In this document: positions 51,275 through 64,000 of the stretch, one piece after another | How positions within the stretch are numbered: the stretch's first letter is position 1 | Layout: every line of letters begins with the position of its first letter | NCBI GenBank assembly: GCA_964106915.2 | Contig: OZ066923.1 | Length of the DNA stretch: 64,000 nucleotides | Strand: one strand, 5' to 3' | DNA from: Podarcis gaigeae | Taxonomy: Eukaryota | Notes under the pieces: model-generated | What the model saw: the letters and a program-made list of their open reading frames with translations, nothing else | The model's database searches: none | Told to the model about the DNA's origin: nothing | Program-made: the position numbers and the translations under genes

Positions 51275-53170
51275 TAACAACTCTTAACAAACTACAGTCC
51301 CCTGGATTCTATATGGCAAGCAATTACTGTTTAAAGTAGTATGATACTGTTGCAGATGTATAGTCAAGGCTTTTTTCTGGGAAACTCACAGAAACTCAAT
51401 TCCGGCACCTCTCAGGTGGGCATTCTAAGACAATGAGTGAGTTCATGGTGAGTTCCAGCACCAATTTTTCTCGAATAATAGCAGTTCAGGTTTAGTGGGT
51501 TGGATCCAGAATATCAGTTCTGTAAACAGAAGGGCTCCTTACATTTTTGGAAGTGCCTCAAATCCAGCAGAGTCCTCAGACCACCTTGTGTTACTGTAAA
51601 TTTGAGAATATGTCCTCCCCTCCCCAACCACATAAATGCAGAAAATATAAATTAAATTTAAAGTAACTCAGACTCAGATTACTGAGTTGGTAATCAGATT
51701 ACAGAAAACATAAAATGAGATGCATCTAAGAGCATTCTGAGAATTCTGGTCTGAACTAACTAATGTTGAGTTTTGGTGAATAACTGAATGATAATTACAA
51801 CATAATTCTAAATGGGTTTTTTTTATTTAAAAAACCCTGTTATCTAGGCCAGTTAGATTTTATTATTATTTCATGCTTTCTTTTCCAGGAAAATAAAGCA
51901 TTTGTTTATAAAGCAGTATACACAGAAATGTTTTAAATAAATCTGTGCTTTCGTATACACTGTTTTGCTGTATTTTCAGTTGGCTTTCAAGTGAGACTTG
52001 AAAAGGAAAGAAATAGTTTATTATTTCTGCATTTTATTTCAATTCATGATTCCAACCTTGTTCATTAAAGCTGAAGTGAAAATCTGTGTTTGAAGGACCT
52101 TTGTTGACAGAGAAACTGGCCTCCAGCACAAAATTCAATAAACATTGATTACCCAGTCTAATGCAGTTTATTGTTGATTTCTTTTCTTTCAAAAAGTAAT
52201 TTACTCTTGCCAATACATTTTTATGCATGAGGCCATCATCTAGAAATTAATTAACATTTTAGAGTGCAATAACCTAATATGAATGTCAAATGAAACATCA
52301 TTTTCTTTGACCAAAACATGGTGGTGAGTTAGCATATGAGGGAAAGTGATCTCTTTTTATAATAAAGTGCTATCATAGCATTTTCAGAATTTCAAAGAGT
52401 AAAGTTGACATCCAGTCATTTCTAGTGCTGTAAGTGATAATTTCTGAAATAGATTTTATTTACATGGATTTATTTAATCTTCCCATTGTGAGCGCTTGAG
52501 GAATATAAATCTCTGCTCAGCAAACCGTATTCAAGCCAGTGTTGCCACCAGAACAGCATGATAACAATTACTTCAATCCTGTGTGAAACAGGGTCAACTT
52601 CTTCACAAACATCCATATTTCCTGGGATGATATTACACAGGTGGGCAGTCAGCAGTTCTCTGTGAAAACTAGAAGAAAACTTGCAATATATTTTTTCTGA
52701 GATTCTAACAATCAAAAAGAACAAAGCCTTGAAACACACTGATAATCAACAAAGCAGCCACGAGGGTCGGAAAATGAAGTTCAGCCACCTGCTCTTCATT
52801 TCAAGGCAGCAATAAAAACCACTTATGAAGCATCAAAAGCCTTACATTTTTACCATATCATCAGACTAGCGTGCTTCTAGTTTGATGTGGATATAGGATG
52901 TTCTTGATCCTTATTTTGAAAAGAAAGTGTTCACCACTTCAATGCGCACCTTCTGTATTTATTAATATATAATGGAATACACTGTCAGTACCATGGGCTT
53001 ATATGGGGCTAGGCAGCATTTCATAAGTAGAAAAAAAAGACAGTTCCCAGTTCCCAAGCAGCTTACAATGTAAATTTTGACTGAGAAGCAGCAGAAAACA
53101 GAGAGGGCTGGGCTGCGGTGAGCTCAGGATGCTACTGGTGCCTGAATTAGCCTGGGCTAGTCCTGCCATT

Positions 53171-53494
53171 AGGGACGCGGGTGGCGCTGTGGGTTAAACC
53201 ACTGAGCCTAGGACTTGCCGATCAGAAGGTCGGCGGTTCGAGTCCCCGCAACGGGGTGAGCTCCCGTTGCTCGGTTCCTGCTCCTGCCAACCTAGCAGTT
53301 CGAAAGCACGTCCCAAGTGCAAGTAGATAAATAGGGACCGCTCCAGCGGGAAGGTAAACGGCGTTTCCGTGCGTTGCTCTGGTTCATCAGAAGTGGCTTA
53401 GTCATGCTGGCTAATAAAGCGAAATGAGCGCCGCAACCCCAGAGTCGGCCACGACTGAACCTAATGGTAAGGGGCCCCTTTACCCTTTACCTTT
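53171..53494 (+). mobile_element. Sauria SINE, both ends intact, ~35-bp internal deletion
   Basis: Starts GGGACGCGGGTGGCGCTGTGGG, ends CCTTTACCTTT; 13-bp TSD TAGTCCTGCCATT (53158-53170, 53495-53507). Confidence 0.93.
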
Positions 53495-54606
53495 TAGTCC
53501 TGCCATTGAGATGGGGGGGTGAAGCCAGCACCAGTGGGCTTTGTTTTAGGTAGAAAAAATATTTGGGGTAGAGCATGTGGCTCACATTACATCTCTTCTA
53601 GTTTTCTGTTCTCACCAAATTACACACTCTTAATAAATTGAACAAGACCACTGTGGGCTGCAAGAATTCCCTGTGATTGGAGCACTTAATCAAGAAACCA
53701 GTTTTATTAACATACACAAGAACAAGCCGAGTTGCTGTGAAAGAAATATAAAAGCCTTCTTATTAATTATTTTTTTTGCAGTAAAAATTGTGCTAGAATT
53801 TATAGCTCTCGTAGCTGCAGAAGATCCATGACTCGACACAGTAATTCCTTAAGTCTGAAATCAATGTTTCGCTTCTGTTTCTTTTGCAAGGGGGGCAGGG
53901 ATTTGGACATTCATTCAGCAGAACTGAAGCTTGAAAGACAGTTGACTGTGTATTTATGTATGAGGTTTATCTGGGAGCTATCTCTGGGGTCAGCTCTCCC
54001 TGCTGGAAGATGTCTCTATGAGTTGTTATAACAAAAGTGAAGAAGTATCAAAACACTCACTGAAACCTATAGCAACATAAAGTTAAGAGGAACTCAAGCA
54101 GCATCCCATATAGATATACCTTCCAACATCTTTCAACAGAAAATTGAGATGTATTTCAGCCGGCTGGCTGGCTGGTTCACACACACGGGAACATGGTGCC
54201 AAAATACGTGTGAGTCCACTGGTTGCCTCTCCAGTCACAACCCCTACCTAGTAGCTGTTCAGAAAACTTTAAACCCCATTAACTGAAAAAAATGAGTGGG
54301 GGTGCCACTCATGTGACAGAATTTGGGGCAGTGTCCTGGCATACAGTTATTTCCTATTCATTAAAAATTTAGCTCAACATGGCAGTATATTGATCAAAAA
54401 GCCACTGTACCATAGCACATCAGATGCTGCAGTGTAAAACAAATATTAGAAACTGAAACAGAAGCATTGGCATTATGAGAGGTAAAACTCAGACAGTAAA
54501 CCTTCTGTCTGAACACAGCCATAGAAATATACATGCAGCCTGGCTTCTTACTAATGAAATGAGTTTTAAGTTTACAGGCCCTGTTTAATCCAGACAGCTA
54601 CTACTT

Positions 54607-54862
54607 GGGAGCCAGTGTGGTGTAGTGGTTAAGAGCGGTAGACTCGTAATCTGGTGAACTGGGTTTGCTTCCCCGCTCTTCCACATGCAGCTGCTGGGTG
54701 ACCTTGGGCCAGTCACACTTCTCTGAAGTCTCTCAGCCTCACTCACCTCACAGAGTGTTTGTTGTGGGGGAGGAAGGGAAAGGAGAATGTTAGCCGCTTT
54801 GAGACTCCTTCGGGTAGTGATAAAGCGGGATATCAAATCCCAACTCCTCCTCCTCTTCTTCT
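54607..54862 (+). mobile_element. Squam3-type SINE
   Basis: GGGAGCCAGTGTGGTGTAGTGGTTAAGAGCGG head to CTC/CTT tail. Confidence 0.88.
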
Positions 54863-56138
54863 ACTAATGCCCCAAATGAATGTTTTGTGTGACTGCTTGC
54901 ATTCTTAAAGCTTCAGGCCCCTGAGCCTTATTTCAGCTTTGCTGTTCTTCAGCCGTAGAAGTATATGCACAAAGGAGGTCTCAAATGCCTATTTTTTTTG
55001 TTTGCATCACATGTTCCATCCCCTAAATGGTGCAGGAACAAGCAGAATTATTTTGATGTCAAGTGTAGAAGTACACGTTTCGCAAGATCTGCCAGCCTTC
55101 TCCATCCTGGCGCCTTCCGCCTGATGGGAGTTGTAATCTAAAAACCTCTGGAAGGTACCAGGTTTTAAGCTAGGCAGCCATGCCACAGAGCATGTCTTAT
55201 TCCCTGTACTGATTAGAGTGAGGAGCTTGGTCCCGTCCGGGTCTGCAGGCCAATGTCCGCCTTCTAACATCTTTGAGCTTGATTTTTAGCAGGAATGCTG
55301 AGTCAAAACTTAATTTGCTCCTTCTGTTCCAGCAGTAGCTGATATTTCTGACTGAGGTACAAAGGGCATGATCTCCTGATCTCCCTCTGAAACAAAGGAA
55401 TTTCAAAGAAACGTTAAGGGCAGCTGCACGTATCCCAGACGAGGCTTTGGGGAGTATGCTTTCTTTTTGTCCTCCTCAGCTTCTGATGGAATAAGGTCTG
55501 CTGGGTTTCTCTGCTGCTTTAGCATTAGAATGAATGGGTTTTAAAGGATCTTTGATGCCTCAGCAGTACCTTCTGTTCTCAGCTTCCCAGGACATATTTG
55601 AAATTCTGTTGAAAATCTAGGAAACCATTTGTGCGATAAAGTGCCTCATAACCAGTTCTAACTTTTTTAAACAGTACTTTCAGGTTAAATGACTAATGAG
55701 ATCCATTCAGATTGATCCTGTGTGGGTCATGCCCTAACCTAGGGAGTGAGAAGTGAGTGACAGAAGAGACATCCCTGTGGTATAAAGGGGGCAGAATTTT
55801 CATCTGTTTGTAGTTCTGCTTTCTGCTGTGTGAAAATGCCTTGATTATTGGACATAGCTTCAGTTGTCTTAAAAAAAAAATTCCTATATGAAAATTTTAA
55901 TTTCCTATATGAAAATTATCACCTCTCAGTCTGACTTTACCAGATGCCATGATACCCTTCTTGGTAGTTTAAATTCATCAAAATTAGAATATAGAAATGT
56001 ATTTTGAGATAAAATATGCATTTAACTACTATTTTGAGAGGATTGTTTTGAAATGAAAGATGAATATGGAAACCGAATATGGACTTGATAAAGATGAGGA
56101 ATAGATTCATTCATTCCTATCCTCAGCAGTAACAACAA

Positions 56139-56800
56139 TTTTATTATTTGTACTCCACCCATCTGACTGGGTTATACCAGCCACTCTGGGAGGCTTCCAG
56201 CAAAATATAAAAACACCATAAATCATAAAACATTAAAAACTTCCCATACAGGGCTGCCTTCAGATGTCTTCTAAAAGTCATATAGTTATTTATCTGTTTG
56301 ATATCTGATGAGGGACATTCTACAAGGTGGGCACCGCTACTGAGAAGGCCCTCAGCCTGGTACCTTGTAACTTTACTTCTAGAGCTAGATCTCAGTGTCT
56401 GGGCTGAATGATGGGAGTAGGCATGTTTCTTCAGGTATACAGGGCCGAGGCTGTTTAGGACAGTAAAGTTCAGCACCAACACTTCATATACTGGAAACCA
56501 ATGTAGATCTTTTAGAATCAGTGTTATATGGTTCCGGCAGCCATTTCCAGAAACCAGTCTAGCTGCCACATTCTGGATTTGTTGTAGTTTCCAAGTCACC
56601 TTCAAAGGTAGCCCCATGTAGAGCGCACTGTAGTAGTCCAAGCGGGAAATAACCAGGGCATGTTCCATTTTGGCAAAACTAGGCAAGTAGGGTCTCAGCT
56701 GGTGTGCCAGATGGAGCTGGTAGACAGCTGCCCTGGACACTGTGCCTCCATGGACAGCTGTGAGTCCAAAATGGCTCCCAAGCTGTGCACCTGGTCCTTT
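56139..56800 (-). mobile_element. L2 LINE 3' fragment
   Basis: Translates HALVISRLDYYSALYMGLP...LQQIQNVAARLV...HITLILKDLHWFPV...FRRHLKAALY, the L2 ORF2 C-terminal motifs; (AAT)-type tail. Confidence 0.88.
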
Positions 56801-57039
56801 AGGGCAGTTTGTATAAACTGGCAAAGGTGTGCCAAGATATAGTTTTAGAACATGGCCCGTAATACCATGCAAACTAGTGCCTTTGAATGTGTGCAAAATA
56901 ACCCCCCTAATCAAGCAGCTTCAACCTGTCTCTGAAGAGGTTGGATTAAAGTAACACTTTCAATTTCAAGACAGACTTGAGCTCTGGCACCTAATATTGC
57001 ACAAACTTAGCCTTGGATTGTTTATCTAATTCAACCTTT

Positions 57040-57150
57040 ACTAACCTGGCACGCTCTAGATGTTGTGGACTAAAGTTGCCATCAGCTTCAGTCAACCTGG
57101 TTGTGCTGGCTGTATCTGATGGGAGCTGTAGTCCAGAACAGCTGGAGGGC
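57040..57150. mobile_element. Palindromic hAT-like MITE
   Basis: CTCTAGATGTTGTGGACTA...TAGTCCAGAACAGCTGGAG inverted arms. Confidence 0.5.
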
Positions 57151-58325
57151 TGTTGATGAAGGCTGATGTTATTTTTCTGGCTATTTCCTGATTTGTTGGA
57201 CGTTCAGTATAAAACACACGCAGGTCAATTAGATATATCAGCACTGTGTGAAGCCTTTCGTGTTCCTCACTATCCTCCTTTGATGACATGGAAAACTCAA
57301 TAACCTTTATTAAGTAATCTGAAGGTGTACATTAAACCACTAGTTCTACAAGGTACAAAACTTTCATTTTTATCTGTTGCAAATATTATACCTGGACTAC
57401 TTCATTATATCCACTGTGCTTAGATGCTAGATTAATTCACACAAATTATATTACATGCACTAAATTGTTAAGCTTAAATAGATTGGGGTTTTTCCCCTCC
57501 TTTTTTGAATATCTTAGATTTCCTCTCTGAATATTCCAAATTGCTTTTTAATGGATTTCTTCCTATATGTGCTTTTGTATTGAGAAATTGGCAGGGCACA
57601 TTGCATGAAATTAAATTTGACTCAGAGTTTGATGGTATGGAAGAAATTGGTGCGGAAATGAAGACAACATTTTGAAAGTCTAATATGCAGCCAGCTGGCT
57701 GTACTAAAAATGTTGTATTTTCTAGATAGCTCTTAATGCTTTCACACCAAAACAGAAAGAGGACAAGAGACCACATAAATAAGGCAGCTAAGAAAAATAT
57801 GTCATTTTCCTAAGTATCCAGTGGCAAAAACTGGGCATGGGAATTAATTTGCTGATAGGAATGCTAGTTCCTTTGAAATGTAACAAGGGTGTTTTAGCAG
57901 CTTAATGATTAATCAAATCATTTATACTGAACATGATGTTTCCCCAACATTTTTTTCTTAATTTATGTTCAATGTTGTAATGACAACCACACAAATTGTC
58001 ATTAATGTCATAATCTGTTTCTTATTTCAATGGTTTTGAACTTACGTTTCTGAAGACTGTGTAGTACTATGTCCATAGCACTTGATTTTTGTACACTCAC
58101 TCTGTCACTGAAAATTATTGTGAGAAGTCAGAGCAGGGTGATAAGCGGCTGCTGCTATATCCACTACAAATTAGTTAAGAATATATTCAGAATATTGATC
58201 TGATGGCTGGACCTCTGCTTTGCTTCTTCCTCTGTCGTTCAGGCAGCAGCTTTTGGGCTCCATTGAGGGCCAAATTTGGCAGGTGGGTAGGAAGGGGTTT
58301 CAGGCGGCGCAAAGCCCTGCTATAA

Positions 58326-59076
58326 CAGAAAGTGAGGAGTAATTAAAGAACCTTTTAATGAGGGTGAAAGAAGAGAGCGCAAAATATGGTTTGAAGCTCA
58401 ACATCAAAAAAACGAAGATCATGGCAACTGGTCCCATCACCTCCTGGCAAATAGAAGAGGAGGAAATGGAAGCAGTGAGAGATTTTACCTTCTTGGGCTC
58501 CATAATCACTGCAGATGGTGACAGCAGCCACGAAATTAAAAGACGTCTGCTTCTTGGGAGAAAAGCAATGAGAAACCTAGACAGCATCCTAAAAAGCAGA
58601 GACATCACCTTGCCGACAAAGGTCCGTATAGTTAAAGCTATGGTTTCCCCAGTAGTGATGTATGGAAGTGAGAGCTGGACCATAAAGAAGGCTGATTGCT
58701 GAAGAATTGATGCTTTTGAATTATGGTGCTGGAGGAGACTCTTGAGAGTCCCATGGACTGCAGGAAGATCAAACCTATCCATTCTGAAGGAAATCAGCCC
58801 TGAGTGCTCACTGGAAGGACAGATCCTGAAGCTGAGGCTCCAATACTTTGGCCACCTCATGAGAAGAGAAGACTCCCTGGAAAAGACCCTGATGTTGGGA
58901 AAGATGGAGGGCACAAGGAGAAGGGGACGACAGAGGATGAGATGGATGGACAGTGTTCGCGAAGCTAACAGCATGAGTTTGGCCAAACTGCGGGAGGCAG
59001 TGGAAGACAGAAGTGCCTGGCATGCTCTGGTCCATGGGGTCACGAAGAGTCAGAAACGACTAAACAACAACAACAA
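58326..59076 (+). mobile_element. Bov-B LINE 3' fragment (~750 bp, longest in window)
   Basis: RVKEESAKYGLKLNIKKTKIM...YGSESWTIKKADC*...LRVPWTA; in-frame stops; (CAA)n tail. Confidence 0.95.
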
Positions 59077-61158
59077 ACAAAGAGAAGAGGGGGGCTCTCT
59101 TCTGCAGCCCAGAAATGTGAGATTCTTTGCCCTTGTAGATGCTTTGGGAAGAGGGTTTCCCCAATTTTAGGAAAAGGTTAACAGGAGCCTGACCACTTCA
59201 TGACAATACTTTAAATAGTTGAAAATTCAGAAGGAGAGAAAGTGCGGGGAAGAGTTACTGTAACTACAAAAGGGAGCAGTTTTCACCAGCAGGCTTCAAT
59301 GAAAATTCTCCCTGTATAACTTCGAGATTGTAATCTGTAGTGGCAGCAGATCCCATTCTTCTCAGACCTGTGTATCACCCTACCCTGCCACTTTTAGAAG
59401 TGTTGAAAGCTGGATAGTAGCAAGGGAAAATGTTAAGGAAGATGTATTCAGGAATTAAGCTAAAATGCAGAACAACAGTGCTTTTCAGAACAGTTTAAAA
59501 CATGTGATTACAAAGGGGCAAAGCCAAATAATGCTAATATATTTTGAGACCACAATGCATTGGGAATAGCATTCACATCAAGTGCTTGCTAAACATTTTA
59601 TTCATAGCAGGTTGTGTAACATTCTAATGGCAGCCAGTGAAAAACTAAGCATTTCTTAAGCCAACCACGTTGTAGTTGCATCATGACGGACTGTTTGTGG
59701 TCATTTCTAAAACAAACGATATATATATATATGTGCACAATATTTGTATGTGCAGTTAAAGAAAGGAACCGGGGGGGATGGCTGTGGGAGAAGTGATTAG
59801 GTACACATGAAATGCTTCCCTTAATTTAAATATTGGAAATGGCTTAGAGAAATCAACCCAGATGGATCCTACTACAGTAACAAGACTTATTTTCTGTAGC
59901 CTTTGGAAAGGATTTTGGGCTCTGAATGCATAGCAGCTGCCAAAGCCTCAATTTGTCCATGCCTGGAAGAGTTGAATCTCTGCTTCCACAGCCCCTTTCC
60001 TGCCTTCAGCAACAATGACTGCCTGCAATTGTCATACCTGACCTATTTTCCAGTAATTTCCCCAAAGGTAACAAACATCTTGCCCAACATCTTTGCCTAT
60101 GGAAGGAACAACTACACAGATCAGACCTCTTTTTTAAGGACAAGTATGTATAGGCCAGTGCATATGTGCACACACCAATTATATTGGGTCAGAGAATTCA
60201 AAATTCTTAATAGCATTCTCTTTCTCTGCATGTTTAGAATGACCTATTTTAAAATCACACCATGATATTGAGTGATTCTATTAACACATGCACTAAAATA
60301 CTTTAAATAGTCATTTTTCTTGAAAGAGCAGAACGTTATGCTTATCATCAATTTATTTCCATTTAAAATTTATATTTCCATCCAATTTTCAGAAAAAGTC
60401 AATGTGACTTTCAACCCCAAACACAACAACAGTAACAAAATATATTGTTACAGGCCACCCCATTCTCTGAGTGGCGAAAGATTTCAGGGTTCTTGGTGCT
60501 TAATCAGGATTTGTGTTTTCTCTGGAAGTGAGGCACAGTGGAGACTATGCTGTCTTCATAATATATAGTTTTATTTGCACATATATGCAACCTTGAGTCT
60601 ATAGTGGAGGAATTTCCAGCACTCACATCTCAAGAGGGACTTGTTTCCTACAGAAGCACAGCATTGGATTCAAAGGTTGCCAAACAGCAAACTCTGTGTC
60701 TCTTTTCCAGTTTATCCCAGCTAGCCCACCAGAACTTCTGCCAGGTCCACTTCTCCCCAGTTTTTCAAACCTTTTGCAAGATGCCACAATTTTCCTTCAG
60801 CCTATATCAGGGATAGCCAACTTAGAAGAGACTGCAATCTACGCACACAATTATAAACTGGTAGTGATCTACCCATTTGTGGAACGCCCCATTCATAGAG
60901 GGGTTCAGGTACTTTTTCAGGGAATCAGGGCAAAGGAATAAATTTAAAAAGTCGCTTGCCAAGTGATCACTAATGAAACAGTCAGCCTCACAACGAGAGC
61001 TCCATATAGCGATCTAGAGGGTGGGGCAAGGGGAGGGGCCGGGTGGAGGAGCCAGCGATTGACCGCGATCTACCAAAACCTCCCAGGCATCAACCAGTAG
61101 ATCATGATTGACCTGTTGGACATCCCTGGCCTATATCACCAAAGCTGAAAGCTTAAAC

Positions 61159-61372
61159 CAGTGGTGTCCAAACTTTTTTCAAAGAGGGCCAGATTTGATG
61201 AAATGAAGAGCCGTGGGGGCCGACCAAAGGGCCAACCAAAGTTGCTGAGGTTTTTTTAGGATTGAAGTTGTTGAGGTTTTTTTTTACCTTGGGAAATAAA
61301 CTGGCGCAGGGGCCAGATTGAACCGACTGGCAGCCCAGATTAGGCCCCCGAAATGGACTTTGGACACGCCTG
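61159..61372. mobile_element. hAT (Charlie-like) MITE
   Basis: TIRs CAGTGGTGTCCAAA / TTTGGACACGCCTG; 8-bp TSD GCTTAA(A/G)C (61151-61158, 61373-61380). Confidence 0.8.
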
Positions 61373-63381
61373 GCTTAAGCACTTTCTTTCCCTGCCCACA
61401 CAGCTGGAGGAGGAGTCTTTCTTCCCCTCCTTGCCCTCCTTGCCTGGCAGCCTTGCCCCTCCCCGCATTGTTTCCTTGATAGCCTATCACTGGCCCATGT
61501 CCACTGCTAACGGCTTGTCTTAGTGGTTATGGCAAGTTGGCCTGGGTTGTTAGCATAACTAAATCCAGGGAGTTTTCAACTTTTGGCACAATTTAATAAA
61601 ACTTTGATTAATTCTTACTTTTCCTAAATCCAAGAGTTATGGGGTTTGCCCCACCACCCACAATATCATGATCTCCCTTCAGATCATGAAAGCCAAAATC
61701 CAAAACAGCTATCAGAACACCTCACTTGGCAAGGCATTCCACACATGGAAGCCACAAAATAAAATGCCCTAGCCCTGTTCACCACCAGATGTGATTCATG
61801 GAGTTGCGGGATCTAGAACAAAACATCATCTGAGGATTGCAACATGCAGGGAAGAACATACAGAAGAATGCATTCAAATAACATATTACAAACAGCAGTT
61901 TGAAAACAGCAACAGCCCAGAAACGCTGAAAGCCCAACACTAATTGCTGTAAATCGTCATCTGCATCCCACAGTCAATTAGCTCAGGGTTACTATAGGCA
62001 CTGACAGAAGAAATGAACCTTTCACCATAATGTTCTAATAGTGCAGCTGTAATTTTGCAGTTGTTTGAATATCCTTGATGGTTAACTCAACCTTTCTATT
62101 GATGAAATTTTGAAGTAGATTCCTGTCCTAGTGAAATACTTCTGAAAGCAAAGGGATTTGTTAATTGGCTGGCAGTAATTGCTTGGAGAGGAAAGTAGTA
62201 TTTGAAGAGTTTGAAAGAGTACTTAGAGTAGCTAGATTGACTGGTTTGGTTTGGTTACTAGTTAAGAACTGAGAATGTAGTTTGAGTTGTAATTTGGAGC
62301 CAAGATTTTCAAGGATCAAGAGAGAAATTGTTCAGTAAATGTACACAATTGCTATTGAAATTTAATAGTTTAATTTCAAAGTGTTGGACTAATGGGAATG
62401 AAGTGCCAAACACTTTCACATTTGAAAGCTACCACCATAAAAAGGTTTATTTGTAGTTCTGTAGGGAAAAGGGGCAATCCAGAGCAAACTAAGTGAAGCC
62501 TTCAATAGGATAAATGTGGGGGGGGGGCTCCCAGCTAATGGGGTGGTGCTTGAAAACAACTTTGGCAAAATACCAACATTTGATTTTCATTTTAACCTGA
62601 AAAAGGATCTTCTGAAAACATAGTAAAGTAATACACACAAATGCACATAACTGTATTCAGTGCTGAGAGCAAAGTTCTTAATGTGCTGAACTCAAAGGAC
62701 TGGGATTATGTAGTTTCTTATCTAAGAAAAGTAAATGAACTTCTTGATCAATACATATATAAAATCTGATCATTAAAGCTATAAAAGTCAAATCCAATGT
62801 AGTCTGAGTTCAGCAAAAGTAGTTCAGCCCAATATAATATAATTGTTTGAGATCATGACCAGGGGTCAACAAAAGACCATGTTCTTTCTGTGATTGTGGT
62901 TTTTGTTATTGTTATGGGGGGGGGGGGAGAGCCTATATATATTTGCATGACAAAGAGACTCAAAAGGTTCTCCTTTATTTTCGGTTTCGAAAGGAAGACC
63001 CAAGCATTCCACAATATAATTACTTCCGATACACATTAAAATCATCACATGACAAAGATCCAGAGTGGATTTTTTTAAAAAAAAAATCTGCATCAAGCAC
63101 CAGTTATATAGAATAAAGATGGAAGGAACACACATAGTGTCAAAATCTATTTCCAAGAAGAGAATAATTGCTGTGCCAAAGATCAGAAATTAAACTTTTC
63201 TTTGTGCCTTGCCAGCTACAGATCTCTTGTATTCTCTGCCTTCCCAGGTGACATATTCTTTCAATGGGTTGTTCTGGCCATTAACATCCCATTTACAACA
63301 ATCTGTGGTGAATTGTGTCTTATGAAGACAGCTGTTGTAGTGGAAATGACTTCTGCCCGAGTTACACAAAGGTCACCATTA

Positions 63382-63602
63382 CAGTGGTACCTCGGGTTAA
63401 GTACTTAATTCGTTCGTGAGGTCTGTACTTAACCTGAAACTGTTCTTAACCTGAAGCACCACTTTAGCTAATGGGGCCTCCTGCTGCTGCCGCGCCACCG
63501 GAGCACGATTTCTGTTCTCAACCTGAAGCACTATTTCTGGGTTAGCAGAGTCTGTAACCTGACGTGTATGTAACCTTAAGCGCATGTAACCCGAGGTACC
63601 TG
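63382..63602 (-). mobile_element. Tigger-like MITE (inverted copy of the 21606 family)
   Basis: TA-CAGTGGTACCTCGGGTTAAG...TAACCCGAGGTACC; right TIR damaged. Confidence 0.85.
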
Positions 63603-64000
63603 CGAGTATTATGAATAAAGCACCAGAACCATAAGACTTGCTTATTCAACACCCAATTTACAATGCTTTGTGCATGGCAGGAAGCACTGAAGGGTGTGCA
63701 CTTTTGAAGCTTATTCTTGGAGATGCCCATGTCCTTACTTCACACAAGAATACACTGGAAGCACAAAAAGGAGATATATGAAGCACATGTTTTTCCAGCG
63801 CATAGTATAATAATGTGCTGTGCTGCTGTGGAAAGGGAATGTGAAGCAGCATGGGCTGGAGCCTTATGAGTATATGCACAGCCTTTGCAAATTCAGTGTA
63901 TACAACAAGTAGGCTCCTGCAACAGAATGTTTTTTTGTTTTATTTAAAATTATATCTTACTCTACTTCTCTATGAAGATCAGAACAGCGTTCACTAAGAA

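Noticed and set aside
55880-55918. 20-bp tandem duplication TTCCTATATGAAAATT (similar ones at 7186-7216 and 42648-42703)
   Set aside because: Two-unit slippage duplications; no array or spacer structure, not CRISPR-like.
56144-56914. 256-aa ORF as a host gene
   Set aside because: Motifs are L2 ORF2 C-terminus with degraded segments; a TE remnant.
57245-57290. Possible third hammerhead (minus strand GTG-AGGAA-CAC-GAAA)
   Set aside because: No CUGANGA box upstream of the putative stem II.
58300-59043. 247-aa minus-strand ORF, and similar MTPWTRA.../MDQSTPG... ORFs at 32162, 36157, 44296 and 45617
   Set aside because: Antisense frames of Bov-B, recurring with every copy; not host genes.
27153-64000. 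Downstream GRIP1 exon (ESPYTKSASQTKPPDG) or PDZ-coding exons
   Set aside because: Looked for by eye and not found; the GAGAGTCCC hits are within Bov-B. The intron presumably extends beyond the window.

Overview
Eukaryotic, AT-rich, repeat-dense vertebrate DNA with two assembly gaps. The repeat set (Sauria/Squam1, Squam2- and Squam3-type SINEs, Bov-B, CR1, L2, Tigger-like MITEs) points to a squamate, most likely a lacertid lizard. Only one host coding exon is recognisable: a + strand start-codon exon at 27020-27152 (MERFLGFVKQIRRSRRRKGKKYRPEEDYHEGYEDVYYYASEHFP, phase-1 GT donor). From memory it matches an alternative N-terminus of GRIP1. Its downstream exon is not in the window, so the rest is largely intronic or upstream DNA. 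Highlights: (1) a full-length 3.57-kb hAT DNA transposon (872-4441) with 16-bp TIRs, a perfect 8-bp TSD and a ~643-aa transposase broken by one frameshift, plus a structured 1.4-kb leader; (2) a 114-bp Penelope-like insertion with a 13-bp TSD carrying a minimal hammerhead ribozyme (151-188), and a second decayed hammerhead at ~15010-15050; (3) several nested insertions with resolvable TSDs; (4) an orphan CpG/CCAAT/GC-box island at ~48660-49400. I see no clearly unprecedented system. The strongest leads are known element classes in unusually well-preserved or unusual form. Repeat family names come from recalled consensus sequences, not from a database search.
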